Virus record (IMG/VR): IMGVR_UViG_3300043468_001540
Coordinates: 1-64,000 of that record
Reading direction: 5' to 3' (one strand)
Source of the DNA: a virus
Length of the DNA: 64,000 nucleotides
The translations under genes were made by a program, and so were the position numbers. Positions 9,478-18,415 of this stretch are shown here, piece by piece. Position 1 is the stretch's first letter. Every line of letters begins with the position of its first letter. The notes under the pieces are model-generated. The model was not told where the DNA came from, ran no database searches, and saw only the letters and a program-made list of their open reading frames with translations.

Positions 9478-10571
9478 GGCTTATTTTTTTTAAATTCTTC
9501 GTTCGGGAAAAGACCATAATCTATGCCGAAAGATATATAGTGTTTGAACAATCTTTCTTCTTCTGTTAAGTCTGAGTTACTAAGTAAGAAATTTTTTGTA
9601 GTTGGGTAAGATTTAATATAAAACACGGGATCAAATATCTTTCTAATATTCTCTTCTTGGGATTTATAATATAATGACGGTCTAATATTTGAAGCATAAA
9701 TGGACGAATTAAGGGGAATTTTTATAATTTTTTCTGATCCGCCGGATGAACGACTAGAGAGATTGCGTATATAATTGTTATATTTATAATTCGAAATTAT
9801 ATATTCACAAATATCTTGACTTTTTTGAGGTATATTGGAGATATTAATTTTAAGATAAGTTATAAAAGTATCTATTAAAAAATTTAGATTGGTAAGCTTG
9901 AGAAGTTCATCTTTACTTATCAAATAAACTAGAACTTTCATTAACGCTTGAAAAGCGGGGTGTCCAGTTGCATACAAACATACGGTTTCATTTTTTGTAA
10001 TAAAATATTCCTGATTCTGAATGTATTCATTCGTATAAATTTGAGACCCCGAAATTAAAAATTTATCGCCAAAGTTACAATAATTATAAATTTTTTTAAA
10101 AAAGTATTGTCTTATTAGCGTATGTTTGGTTAAAAACAGGCTTATATTTTTATTTTTTAAAACATTAAAAATTTTAAATAAATATAAATTAGAAGGTTGC
10201 TCGTTCGCCTGATCGTTACTTTTAAGCTTAAAAAACACAACTTTTTTAAAGAAATTCCGTATTTTTTCTATATATACTGATAAATTACTATTTTGAATTT
10301 CCGTATCCGATAGCAAAGAGAAAATATTGAACTCTAATTTCTGACAAAAAAATCGGTCGGCTGGACTTTGAGATAAAATAGTAGTTAATTGTTCAAAAAA
10401 TTCTTTTAAATTTTCAGTGTCATCTAAGATTAACACAACAGATTCTATATTTTTATTAAGGCTTTCTATGTCACTTTTTAAAAAGAATTGTAGGGTTGGA
10501 ATACTTTTTTCTATTAAATTAATTATATAATTATGAGTGCTCGTGCTTATGTCGTTCATTGATGTAATCAA
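9474..10571 (-). CDS. Hypothetical protein with C-terminal FDP.FY...Y...HY...G module
   Basis: 365 aa; the C-terminal module resembles one often fused to glycosyltransferases. Confidence 0.6.
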   Translation of the reverse strand: MITSMNDISTSTHNYIINLIEKSIPTLQFFLKSDIESLNKNIESVVLILDDTENLKEFFEQLTTILSQSPADRFFCQKLEFNIFSLLSDTEIQNSNLSVYIEKIRNFFKKVVFFKLKSNDQANEQPSNLYLFKIFNVLKNKNISLFLTKHTLIRQYFFKKIYNYCNFGDKFLISGSQIYTNEYIQNQEYFITKNETVCLYATGHPAFQALMKVLVYLISKDELLKLTNLNFLIDTFITYLKINISNIPQKSQDICEYIISNYKYNNYIRNLSSRSSGGSEKIIKIPLNSSIYASNIRPSLYYKSQEENIRKIFDPVFYIKSYPTTKNFLLSNSDLTEEERLFKHYISFGIDYGLFPNEEFKKNKP

Positions 10572-10606
10572 TTATATAAAGTATTTAAATATTTCTATAA
10601 AAAATT

Positions 10607-10616
10607 AGTGTAAATA
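10607..10616 (+). promoter_or_regulatory. Putative phage late-promoter motif (GTGTAAW)
   Basis: AGTGTAAATA 13 nt before ATG 10630; the motif recurs before 11598, 17855, 24252 and 48447. Confidence 0.5.
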
Positions 10617-10629
10617 AAAAATACTATAT

Positions 10630-11268
10630 ATGCATTTTTCGGCAGAACACTTAACGTTAATAATAGTCGCCCTGATCACCGGGCTTATCTCTCCACTAAC
10701 AGTACAATTAATGCAGTATTTTATGAGAAGGGGGTCGGAACATAAAAAAAGGAACCTAAATCAAAATGAGGCAATAAAAAAAGATGAATTAGTCACTTTG
10801 AAACTTAAAACATTAATGGAAAAATACGTGTGTGATCGAATATGGATTGCAGAGTTTCACAATGGAGGCCATACATACTCCGGAAAAAGCTTTCAAAGGT
10901 TCTCTACTACCTATGAAGTCGTATCAGATGGAGTTTCGAGCGAAGCTCTTCGCGGCCAAAATATTCCAACATCTATTTTCTCTGGATTTTTTAAACAATT
11001 AGAATCTCAAACTCATATTTTCTGTAAAGATATAAAAAGCCGAAACCATAAAAGAAAAGAAGATGATCCAACATATTACGCTATGCATAGCTTTTTTTCG
11101 CAAAGAGGCTCTTCTAGTTTTCTTTGTCTGCAAATAAAAGATATACAGGGTAATTTTGTAGGATTTTTATGTCTCGATGGCGTGATTAGGCACTTAGACC
11201 TAAGTGAAGAAGAAATTAAATTATTAGTGTTAGCGTCGTCTAATCTAGCTGGATACCTGGAAGGATAA
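10630..11268 (+). CDS. Single-TM + GAF-like domain protein, putative holin
   Basis: N-terminal TM helix, then DRIWIAEFHNGG...YEVV..GV....QNIP.S...IKD.QGNFVGFLCLD (GAF-like); architecture resembles T4 holin T. Confidence 0.55.
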   Translation: MHFSAEHLTLIIVALITGLISPLTVQLMQYFMRRGSEHKKRNLNQNEAIKKDELVTLKLKTLMEKYVCDRIWIAEFHNGGHTYSGKSFQRFSTTYEVVSDGVSSEALRGQNIPTSIFSGFFKQLESQTHIFCKDIKSRNHKRKEDDPTYYAMHSFFSQRGSSSFLCLQIKDIQGNFVGFLCLDGVIRHLDLSEEEIKLLVLASSNLAGYLEG

Positions 11269-11276
11269 TAATAACT

Positions 11277-11354
11277 ATGGAATATTTTCTCACATATTGC
11301 ATTGGTTGGGTTATAGGAGAAGCAATTCGCTCCTATTTCTTTATCAATAGCTAA
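11277..11354 (+). CDS. Possible 25-aa hydrophobic peptide
   Basis: MEYFLTYCIGWVIGEAIRSYFFINS, starting 8 nt after the holin-like stop. Confidence 0.3.
   Translation: MEYFLTYCIGWVIGEAIRSYFFINS
11313..11342 (+). terminator. Possible intrinsic terminator
   Basis: ATAGGAG-N10-CTCCTAT followed by TTCTTT. Confidence 0.35.
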
Positions 11355-11393
11355 AAAGTTTGTAAAAACCTACTATTTTTTGTTTTTCTATTG

Positions 11394-11510
11394 TTAGAAT
11401 AGAAATTTTAATATAAAATCTAGTAATTTATAGGTTTCAACCATCGTTGTTATAAGTATTAACAATAAAATTGTCGATAAGGGCCAATTTTGTTTTAAAA
11501 ATTTGATCAT
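11394..11510 (-). CDS. Possible 38-aa membrane peptide
   Basis: MIKFLKQNWPLSTILLLILITTMVETYKLLDFILKFLF. Confidence 0.4.
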   Translation of the reverse strand: MIKFLKQNWPLSTILLLILITTMVETYKLLDFILKFLF

Positions 11511-11597
11511 AACTTTAATTATATTAAATATTTTTAAGATTAAATCGAAAAAATTTTGACCAAAATATAAAAATAAATGTAATACCTAGTTAAGCTT

Positions 11598-12287
11598 ATG
11601 GACTCTATTAATCAAATGTATAGGAAATTGGGGTTCGGTGGTCTAGTTTTTGGTTTACATACTGACACCGGTTTCGCTAATTATGTAGAACCTGAATATG
11701 ATACCCAAAATGTTATAGCAGGTATTGCTAACATAAATGACGGATTTGAAATAACAACAAGCGCTATTAATTCATTCATTGCAACTTCAGGGGTAGAACC
11801 GATAACTTCTCCAGTCGATGGTCTTGGATATCCGGTACAAGACCCTAGAAATCCAATTGATACTGTGGGCTTTTTTAAAGTAACAAGCTCCCCATCCGGG
11901 ACCCCAACGCCAGCTGAGTTTACGAGTGTAAGATTATCTGGGGTGTCTAATCCTCAAAATAGTGGATCGTTAGGCTTTTTTATAGCTTCCCCTAAAAATC
12001 AAAATTTTGAAGCTACCATTACAATACTAGGAGATTTGTATGAAGTATCTTCTATGAATAATTATGCTTATAGAATAACAGGAGACGAAGGATTATCTAT
12101 AATTAAGTATAATGGTAATGAAAATAAGAATTTTGATTTTATTTTAATTACAACGGAATTAACACCCCCAAGTGGATATGTAATAGATGATACTATTGAA
12201 TCATCTTCATCTTCTTCTTCGTCTATAGCGCCAAGCGCATCTTCTTCTTCATCAAGTAATATTTTTCAAATACCAATACTTAACTGA
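11598..12287 (+). CDS. Putative virion protein with C-terminal poly-Ser tail
   Basis: G/T/S/P-rich, ESSSSSSSSIAPSASSSSSS, TGTAATA upstream. Confidence 0.6.
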   Translation: MDSINQMYRKLGFGGLVFGLHTDTGFANYVEPEYDTQNVIAGIANINDGFEITTSAINSFIATSGVEPITSPVDGLGYPVQDPRNPIDTVGFFKVTSSPSGTPTPAEFTSVRLSGVSNPQNSGSLGFFIASPKNQNFEATITILGDLYEVSSMNNYAYRITGDEGLSIIKYNGNENKNFDFILITTELTPPSGYVIDDTIESSSSSSSSIAPSASSSSSSNIFQIPILN

Positions 12288-12339
12288 ATAAGAAAAATTT
12301 AACAAAAATAAAAAACAAATATTAGAAAGAAAAATTTTT

Positions 12340-13242
12340 ATGGCAGCAAAATGTAGAGGAACAATACCCAAATCACAAACAACATGGCCCACCTCAAGCA
12401 TAGGAGACACTGAAATATGGAGTCAATATGCAAATTCGGTGTTTCCATACGTAGTTATCGTACCGAACGTGTCTAAGAATAAATACGAATGGGCGCAAAG
12501 ACATAGTACTGGTTGGAGGGGAATAGGGTGGATGAGAAAACCATATGGCAAATATGAATTTTGGCAAGAGGGCAAATGTCGTGGTAATCAACTATGCGGC
12601 AAATGGGCGAGTGTTGGTAGTGTTAATACCGAAACCCTAGTATACAGGATAAATAATTCTAATACATGGACGACTACGACTATGAATGGATTTTTCGGTA
12701 ATACTTCTTCTGTTTATACCGATATATTAGATAAATTCCCTACTGGTAAGTTTGACTTTTACACTGGATTTACAAAAAATTGCGTACAGCCTAGCAAAAC
12801 ATCAAGTTTTAAAACAATTTATAAATTGCCATGGGCGATTTCTTGGACTTTGCCATCTAATAAAACAGTAGGATCATTTAACTTACCAAATTCATTTTTT
12901 GGAGCACCGTTTACTGTTAATGGTTATAAAGCTTGTTATCTTACCCCAAGTGGTCAAGGTGGTAACATGGTGTGGAGTTGTGCGCCGACAACAATCTCAA
13001 TACCGAGTACGAATGGTTTATATGCAGAAGCAGGAACTGGCTGGAATTTATCAAATCTTCCTAGCGCTTTTCCTAAAGTAACGGGTCTTTCTGTTGTATT
13101 GACTACAAGTGGACAGGTAATAGTTCAAAAGCCTTCTACGCTCAGACAAGTAAAATGGCACTGTAATATATCTGCTAATATACCACAAACAGGTGGCGAT
13201 ATTTCATCATTTTATCAACCTAAATTAGAAATTATTTTATAA
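12340..13242 (+). CDS. Putative virion/structural protein (W/C/T/G-rich, beta-rich)
   Basis: Composition and position in the plus-strand cluster. Confidence 0.55.
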   Translation: MAAKCRGTIPKSQTTWPTSSIGDTEIWSQYANSVFPYVVIVPNVSKNKYEWAQRHSTGWRGIGWMRKPYGKYEFWQEGKCRGNQLCGKWASVGSVNTETLVYRINNSNTWTTTTMNGFFGNTSSVYTDILDKFPTGKFDFYTGFTKNCVQPSKTSSFKTIYKLPWAISWTLPSNKTVGSFNLPNSFFGAPFTVNGYKACYLTPSGQGGNMVWSCAPTTISIPSTNGLYAEAGTGWNLSNLPSAFPKVTGLSVVLTTSGQVIVQKPSTLRQVKWHCNISANIPQTGGDISSFYQPKLEIIL

Positions 13243-13272
13243 TAATATCGTTAATTAATTATAATACAACAT

Positions 13273-13827
13273 ATGATAAACTTAAAACCGTTCAGACAGT
13301 ATAGTGAGCACGATGTAATCAATTTATTTAGTTATATTGGAAATTACCCAACCGAAGCCGGAACTATAGTAAAAATTACCCATAATTACCAAAATGATGG
13401 AAATGTTTTAAATATTTCCACGAATTTAACGTCTGCTAATAACGCCCTTTCTCCAATATTCGGAGTTGCCGGATCAGTTACAAAAGTTCTGGCTTTTAAC
13501 GAAACTCCACGACCAATCGGGATATTATTAAATAATGTGGCTGAATACGACGAAAATGGGGATCCATTAATATACAACCCAAGAAAAGCAGCGGAAACAA
13601 ATACCGTATTACCAAATCAGGCGGTTCCTATCTTAACTAAAGGCATTGTTTTAATTAATGAAATTGATCTATCAGATCGTGGAACTGGTGGTGGTGCTCC
13701 AGAAACAGGCGATACTGCTTATGTAGGGAATGATGGGAAAATAGGCACAGATGGTATTATACCAATTGGTCAATTTTTAAGCGAAATTGATTCAGATGGG
13801 TACGCTTTAGTTAAACTAAATTTTTAA
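13273..13827 (+). CDS. Putative capsid decoration/cement-like protein, paralog 1
   Basis: NLKPFRQYSEHDV..YDENGDPLIYNPRKAAE..QAVPILTKG..IGQFLS.ID.DGYA; clear paralog of 17855..18415. Confidence 0.55.
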   Translation: MINLKPFRQYSEHDVINLFSYIGNYPTEAGTIVKITHNYQNDGNVLNISTNLTSANNALSPIFGVAGSVTKVLAFNETPRPIGILLNNVAEYDENGDPLIYNPRKAAETNTVLPNQAVPILTKGIVLINEIDLSDRGTGGGAPETGDTAYVGNDGKIGTDGIIPIGQFLSEIDSDGYALVKLNF

Positions 13828-13834
13828 TATAAAT

Positions 13835-16800
13835 ATGTCTTCACCTATAACAAATACAGCCCTAAAATATAACTTAGGAAATGAAATTAACTGTTGCGGA
13901 ACAGCCGACTCTACTGTTCCGATCCCAACCTATAATACAGCTTCTGGCATTGCTTATTTGTACAATATAGGTAAACAGGTAACCAGTTGTGATTCTTACA
14001 TAGGGTTTTCTGGAAATCAGATAATCCAAACAACTCTTACGGTCAAACAAAAATATGCTTTAGGGCTAGAGCAGTGTAGCGATGAATATTTAGCATATCT
14101 CTCATCTAGTTCTTCTAGTCAAGTGGTATGGTGTGCGAATAATCCAATTCTATGTTGGGCCCAATCATCTTCAAGTGACGCTCAATTTTGTATTGATTTT
14201 CCAATTGCCTGCTGGTATAATTCATCCTCTTCAAGTCACGCCGCATGGTGTGCCGCGAACCCCGTTCCCTGCGCAAGTTCTTCTTCAAGTCAAAATACAT
14301 GGTGCGCCGCCAACCCTATCCCATGTGCAAGTTCTTCAAGCGAAGCTGCTTGGTGTCAACAAAATCCGCTACCATGTGCTTGGCAAGAATTCGTATCTTC
14401 TAGCTCTTCAAGTCACGCCGCATGGTGTGCCGCGAACCCCGTTCCCTGCGCAAGCTCTTCCTCAAGTCACGCCGCATGGTGTGCCGCGAACCCCGTTCCC
14501 TGCGCAAGTTCTTCAAGCCAAGCCGCATGGTGTGCCGCGAACCCCGTTCCTTGCGCAAGCTCACAATTTCAAGATTGGCTATCCTCCAGTTCTTCAGCAT
14601 GGTGTGCCGCGAACCCCGTTCCCTGCGCAAGCTCTTCAAGCCAAGCCGCTTGGTGTGAGGCAAATCCAGTGCTTTGCTCTTATCAAGATTGGCTGTCTTC
14701 TAGCTCTTCAAGCCAAGCCGCATGGTGCGCCGCAAATCCAGTGTCTTGCGCAAGTTCTTCAAGCCAAGCCGCATGGTGTGCCGCGAACCCCGTTCCCTGC
14801 GCAAGCTCTTCCTCAAGTCACGCCGCATGGTGTGCCGCGAACCCCGTTCCCTGCGCAAGTTCTTCAAGCCAAGCCGCATGGTGTGCCGCGAACCCCGTTC
14901 CTTGCGCAAGCTCACAATTGCAAGATTGGCTGTCTTCTAGCTCTTCAAGCCAAGCCGCATGGTGTGCCGCGAACCCCGTTCCCTGCGCAAGCTCTTCCTC
15001 AAGTCACGCCGCATGGTGTGCCGCGAACCCCGTTCCCTGCGCAAGTTCTTCAAGTCAGGCTGTTTGGTGCGCAGCAAATCCCGTTCCTTGCGCAAGCTCA
15101 CAATTTCAAGATTGGTTATCCTCCAGTTCTTCAGCATGGTGTGCCGCGAACCCCGTTCCCTGCGCAAGCTCTTCAAGCCAAGCCGCATGGTGTGCCGCGA
15201 ACCCTATCCCATGTATTGAGTATTTGTACAGTTCATCTAGCTCTTCGGCATGGTGCGCTGCCAATCCGGTAATATGCTCTATCATTAATTCTTCGTCTAG
15301 CGCCGCCGCATGGTGTGCCGCGAACCCCGTTCCTTGCGCAAGTTCTTCTTCAAGTCACGCCGCTTGGTGCCAAGAAAACGCTTTAATATGCTGGGTTTCC
15401 TCTAGTTCATCTAGTGCTGCCGCATGGTGCGCAGCGAATCCAATTATTTGCGCAAGCTCTTCCTCAAGTCACGCCGCATGGTGTGCTGCGAACCCCGTTC
15501 CCTGCGCAAGTTCTTCAAGTCAGGCTGTTTGGTGCGCAGCAAATCCCGTTCCTTGCGCAAGCTCACAATATCAAGATTGGTTGTCATCCTCTAGTTCTTC
15601 TAGTTTTGAAGAATGGTGCGAAAGTAACCCAGTTTCTTGTGTTAACTATAGTTCTTCTTCCAGTCAAGCCGCGTGGTGCATCGCTAATCCGATTTCCTGC
15701 GCAAGTTCTTCGAGTCAAGCCGCTTGGTGTTTAGCTAATCCCATCCCTTGTGCAAGCTCTTCAAGCCAAGCCGCTTGGTGTATTGCCAATCCGGTTGCAT
15801 GTTATCTGTCTAGTAGTTCTAGTTCTGCTGCCTTTTGCATCGGAAATCCCTGGGAATGCGCGCAAAATGACAGTTATATTTCTGGTTGTACTGGAGATGG
15901 GCGCGGGTGGAGTGGGTGCTGTAAAGAATTAGCCCTAACTACAACTGTAGCTAATCAAATATCATCAAAAATGATAAATGAGTTAAATAGTATTTATGGT
16001 AATAACTTAGTTTCTCGTGGAGAGCCCACTTCTTTAACATCCGCGTGCGAAGATAGACCATGTTGCGTATATGGGAAAATAACTGGTCAGGCTTATATAC
16101 CCCGTACCGTTCAAATATGTACAAGTGGATGGGAAGATTATACTTATCTACAAGAAAAGTGTGTAACTGCCAGTATTACGGGTAACTCAGGTTTGACTGG
16201 AATCGTTCTTGATACCCCATTGGTTATAAATGGGTACGCAAGATATAATGTATCTAAAACACCATTTAAAATACCATCGCCTTTTTATGTAGATGAATCA
16301 CCTTCATTCACGCCTAACTGCGCTGGCGGGCATGTTTGTAGTAGGGCTCGTTTTATACCAGTGGCGAAATTTGGATCTATTGAGATAAACGGAACCCCAG
16401 AAATTAATTTAGATAATGTTGGTGGAGCAACAGATTTGAAAAAAATTCCCATTGGGGCTAGTAATCAGGCAGAGAGAGAAAGTTATTTTACGATAACCTT
16501 GCCACAAAATCTAAATACAACGGAATTCTGGTCTAACGCAAACTTTTACTTGAAGTGCAATACGAGTAACAATAATTGTCATAATGGAATTACTTATGTA
16601 GTTTTAAATATAAATGGTACAAATACTACTATATTTAATTCTTGTATTGTTCCTGGCCAATTTAATCAGAAACCAATTGTTACACTCGAAACAAAATGCC
16701 AAGACATCGAGTTGACTGGACAAAGACTTGTTACCACATGTGTTCCTAGTGGGTATCTTTCACTAGAAAACGTCGTATTAGAAAGAAAATTCCTTTTACC

Positions 16801-17827
16801 GTGGAAAGATCCAGCCTCTGAAGGGTACAACGTCGAAATAACCGATAATTGTCCTAATTGTGGTGATAAAGCAGATTTACCTATTACGGAAACCATAGTT
16901 ATGAAAGACCCCGTCTTTAGTATCACTAGAGGCGGACGACCGGATTGCGCCGCAGGTACAACGGCAAGGTACGCTGATTGGGAAGACAATGGTCCAGATT
17001 GTCTTAACAAAATTCTATACATGTATGTAGATACGTCTTATTTAAAAGTAGCTGTCTATACTACAAATAGACTAGTACCTAGAATCGGAGGCAGTGTTCT
17101 TGATAAAATTGAGATTATACATTACGACAAATCTACGAAACAGACGAGTTATAAAGCATTAAACTCTCAAAATCCTGAAGACTTAACAAGTAATCCAACC
17201 TTTGTATTCCATAATGGTCCCGTAGAGTATTGGGGTACCCCCAAAGGTAGGGTCGTAGTTAGCGTACGAGTGGCTAAGTCTGATGATGCCGGCCATTTCT
17301 TTGAACTAGATACTAATTTCAATCGCGAGGCAATAAGACGTGTTGCTGTTACTCCGGAACTTCAACAAATAATTAATGGCGGAACTGGACTCCAAGACGT
17401 TATTACTCTTGGTGGCGGGCTAGCATTCGTATTGAAACGCGTTACGCTTGAATATAAAACACAAGCAGAGGCATGGGACAAATGGGTACTCGCAGGACGG
17501 GGACAAACAGCGACGCCGCCGCCAGCGCCATCGCCGTATTGGGCGTCACCTAGCGGACCTACTATTGACGGATTCTCCGAGGCTGGGGCTCCTTTCGGTC
17601 TTAGTAGAAAACATTTAGAGGCGGCGGCGCTTTTCGGGCGAAATAGTACCGAATGGGCAAAAGTTATGTTCGCAGGTTCAGAATTTGCTGATTTACTTAA
17701 GCTGACACCCGAGTGCCGCCCACCAATAAGCCGCCCATGGGATCCAACACCTCAAACGAGTTCTTCTTCTTCAAATTTTGCAGCCTTGCCCGTCTCGCCC
17801 GGTACAATTGCAAATATTTTCATATAA
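13835..17827 (+). CDS. 1330-aa Cys/Ser repeat protein, putative virion fibre/appendage
   Basis: About 30 WCxxNPxxC modules with poly-Ser spacers, followed by Cys-rich beta domains. Confidence 0.75.
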   Translation: MSSPITNTALKYNLGNEINCCGTADSTVPIPTYNTASGIAYLYNIGKQVTSCDSYIGFSGNQIIQTTLTVKQKYALGLEQCSDEYLAYLSSSSSSQVVWCANNPILCWAQSSSSDAQFCIDFPIACWYNSSSSSHAAWCAANPVPCASSSSSQNTWCAANPIPCASSSSEAAWCQQNPLPCAWQEFVSSSSSSHAAWCAANPVPCASSSSSHAAWCAANPVPCASSSSQAAWCAANPVPCASSQFQDWLSSSSSAWCAANPVPCASSSSQAAWCEANPVLCSYQDWLSSSSSSQAAWCAANPVSCASSSSQAAWCAANPVPCASSSSSHAAWCAANPVPCASSSSQAAWCAANPVPCASSQLQDWLSSSSSSQAAWCAANPVPCASSSSSHAAWCAANPVPCASSSSQAVWCAANPVPCASSQFQDWLSSSSSAWCAANPVPCASSSSQAAWCAANPIPCIEYLYSSSSSSAWCAANPVICSIINSSSSAAAWCAANPVPCASSSSSHAAWCQENALICWVSSSSSSAAAWCAANPIICASSSSSHAAWCAANPVPCASSSSQAVWCAANPVPCASSQYQDWLSSSSSSSFEEWCESNPVSCVNYSSSSSQAAWCIANPISCASSSSQAAWCLANPIPCASSSSQAAWCIANPVACYLSSSSSSAAFCIGNPWECAQNDSYISGCTGDGRGWSGCCKELALTTTVANQISSKMINELNSIYGNNLVSRGEPTSLTSACEDRPCCVYGKITGQAYIPRTVQICTSGWEDYTYLQEKCVTASITGNSGLTGIVLDTPLVINGYARYNVSKTPFKIPSPFYVDESPSFTPNCAGGHVCSRARFIPVAKFGSIEINGTPEINLDNVGGATDLKKIPIGASNQAERESYFTITLPQNLNTTEFWSNANFYLKCNTSNNNCHNGITYVVLNINGTNTTIFNSCIVPGQFNQKPIVTLETKCQDIELTGQRLVTTCVPSGYLSLENVVLERKFLLPWKDPASEGYNVEITDNCPNCGDKADLPITETIVMKDPVFSITRGGRPDCAAGTTARYADWEDNGPDCLNKILYMYVDTSYLKVAVYTTNRLVPRIGGSVLDKIEIIHYDKSTKQTSYKALNSQNPEDLTSNPTFVFHNGPVEYWGTPKGRVVVSVRVAKSDDAGHFFELDTNFNREAIRRVAVTPELQQIINGGTGLQDVITLGGGLAFVLKRVTLEYKTQAEAWDKWVLAGRGQTATPPPAPSPYWASPSGPTIDGFSEAGAPFGLSRKHLEAAALFGRNSTEWAKVMFAGSEFADLLKLTPECRPPISRPWDPTPQTSSSSSNFAALPVSPGTIANIFI
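14100..15860 (+). repeat. Coding tandem repeat, 51/54-nt units with higher-order blocks
   Basis: Core GCCGCATGGTGTGCCGCGAACCCCGTTCCCTGCGCAAG repeated near-identically; larger blocks recur at 14561/15098 and 15056/15521. Confidence 0.97.
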
Positions 17828-17840
17828 AATCTAAAAACAA

Positions 17841-17850
17841 GTGTAATTAA
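17841..17850 (+). promoter_or_regulatory. Putative late-promoter motif
   Basis: GTGTAATTAA just upstream of ATG 17855. Confidence 0.5.
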
Positions 17851-17854
17851 TAAT

Positions 17855-18415
17855 ATGCCAAACTTAAAACCATACAGACAGTACAGTGAAAATGATGTAG
17901 TAAACGGTTTATTTTCTTATTCCGGTCCTTTACCCATCAACAAAGGTACAATCGTTAAAATAACGAATAATTATAAAGATGCAGAAAATCAAATTTTTGA
18001 TATTACTGAACTATCAACTCATGCAAATGGAGTCGTCGCGCCTTTATTCGGCACAATAGGTCGAGTAGCAACGGTAGTAAATTTTAACGATAACGCTCGT
18101 CCATTAGGCGTCTTATTAAAAGACGTAAGAGATATTGACGAAAACGGGGATTTATTATTATATAATCCTAGAAAAGCCGCTGAAATGGATTGCTTATTAC
18201 CACATCAATCTGTACCAATATTAGTACGTGGAATTATAATGGTAAATGATTTTGATTTAACTGATCGTGGTGGCGGAGGTGGAGTTCCAAATCCTGGCGA
18301 CTCGGCATATGTGGGAAACAACGGTAAGATTGCTACCGAAGGTCTTGTTAAAATTGGCCAATTTCTTAGTGCTATAGATCAGGATGGCTACGCTATAGTG
18401 AGAATTAGTTTCTAA
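17855..18415 (+). CDS. Putative capsid decoration/cement-like protein, paralog 2
   Basis: Same motifs as 13273..13827. Confidence 0.55.
   Translation: MPNLKPYRQYSENDVVNGLFSYSGPLPINKGTIVKITNNYKDAENQIFDITELSTHANGVVAPLFGTIGRVATVVNFNDNARPLGVLLKDVRDIDENGDLLLYNPRKAAEMDCLLPHQSVPILVRGIIMVNDFDLTDRGGGGGVPNPGDSAYVGNNGKIATEGLVKIGQFLSAIDQDGYAIVRISF

Noticed and set aside
14100-15860. Repeat array as a CRISPR array
   Set aside because: Units are in-frame multiples of 3 inside a long ORF, have no unique spacers, and vary mostly synonymously or conservatively
14115-15932. Alternative-frame ORFs, including the 379-aa 14133..15272
   Set aside because: Expected by-products of a stop-poor, GC-rich tandem repeat
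13273-18415. Diversity-generating retroelement or invertible cassette
   Set aside because: No reverse transcriptase or recombinase in the window; the paralog differences are not adenine-specific; the repeats are direct
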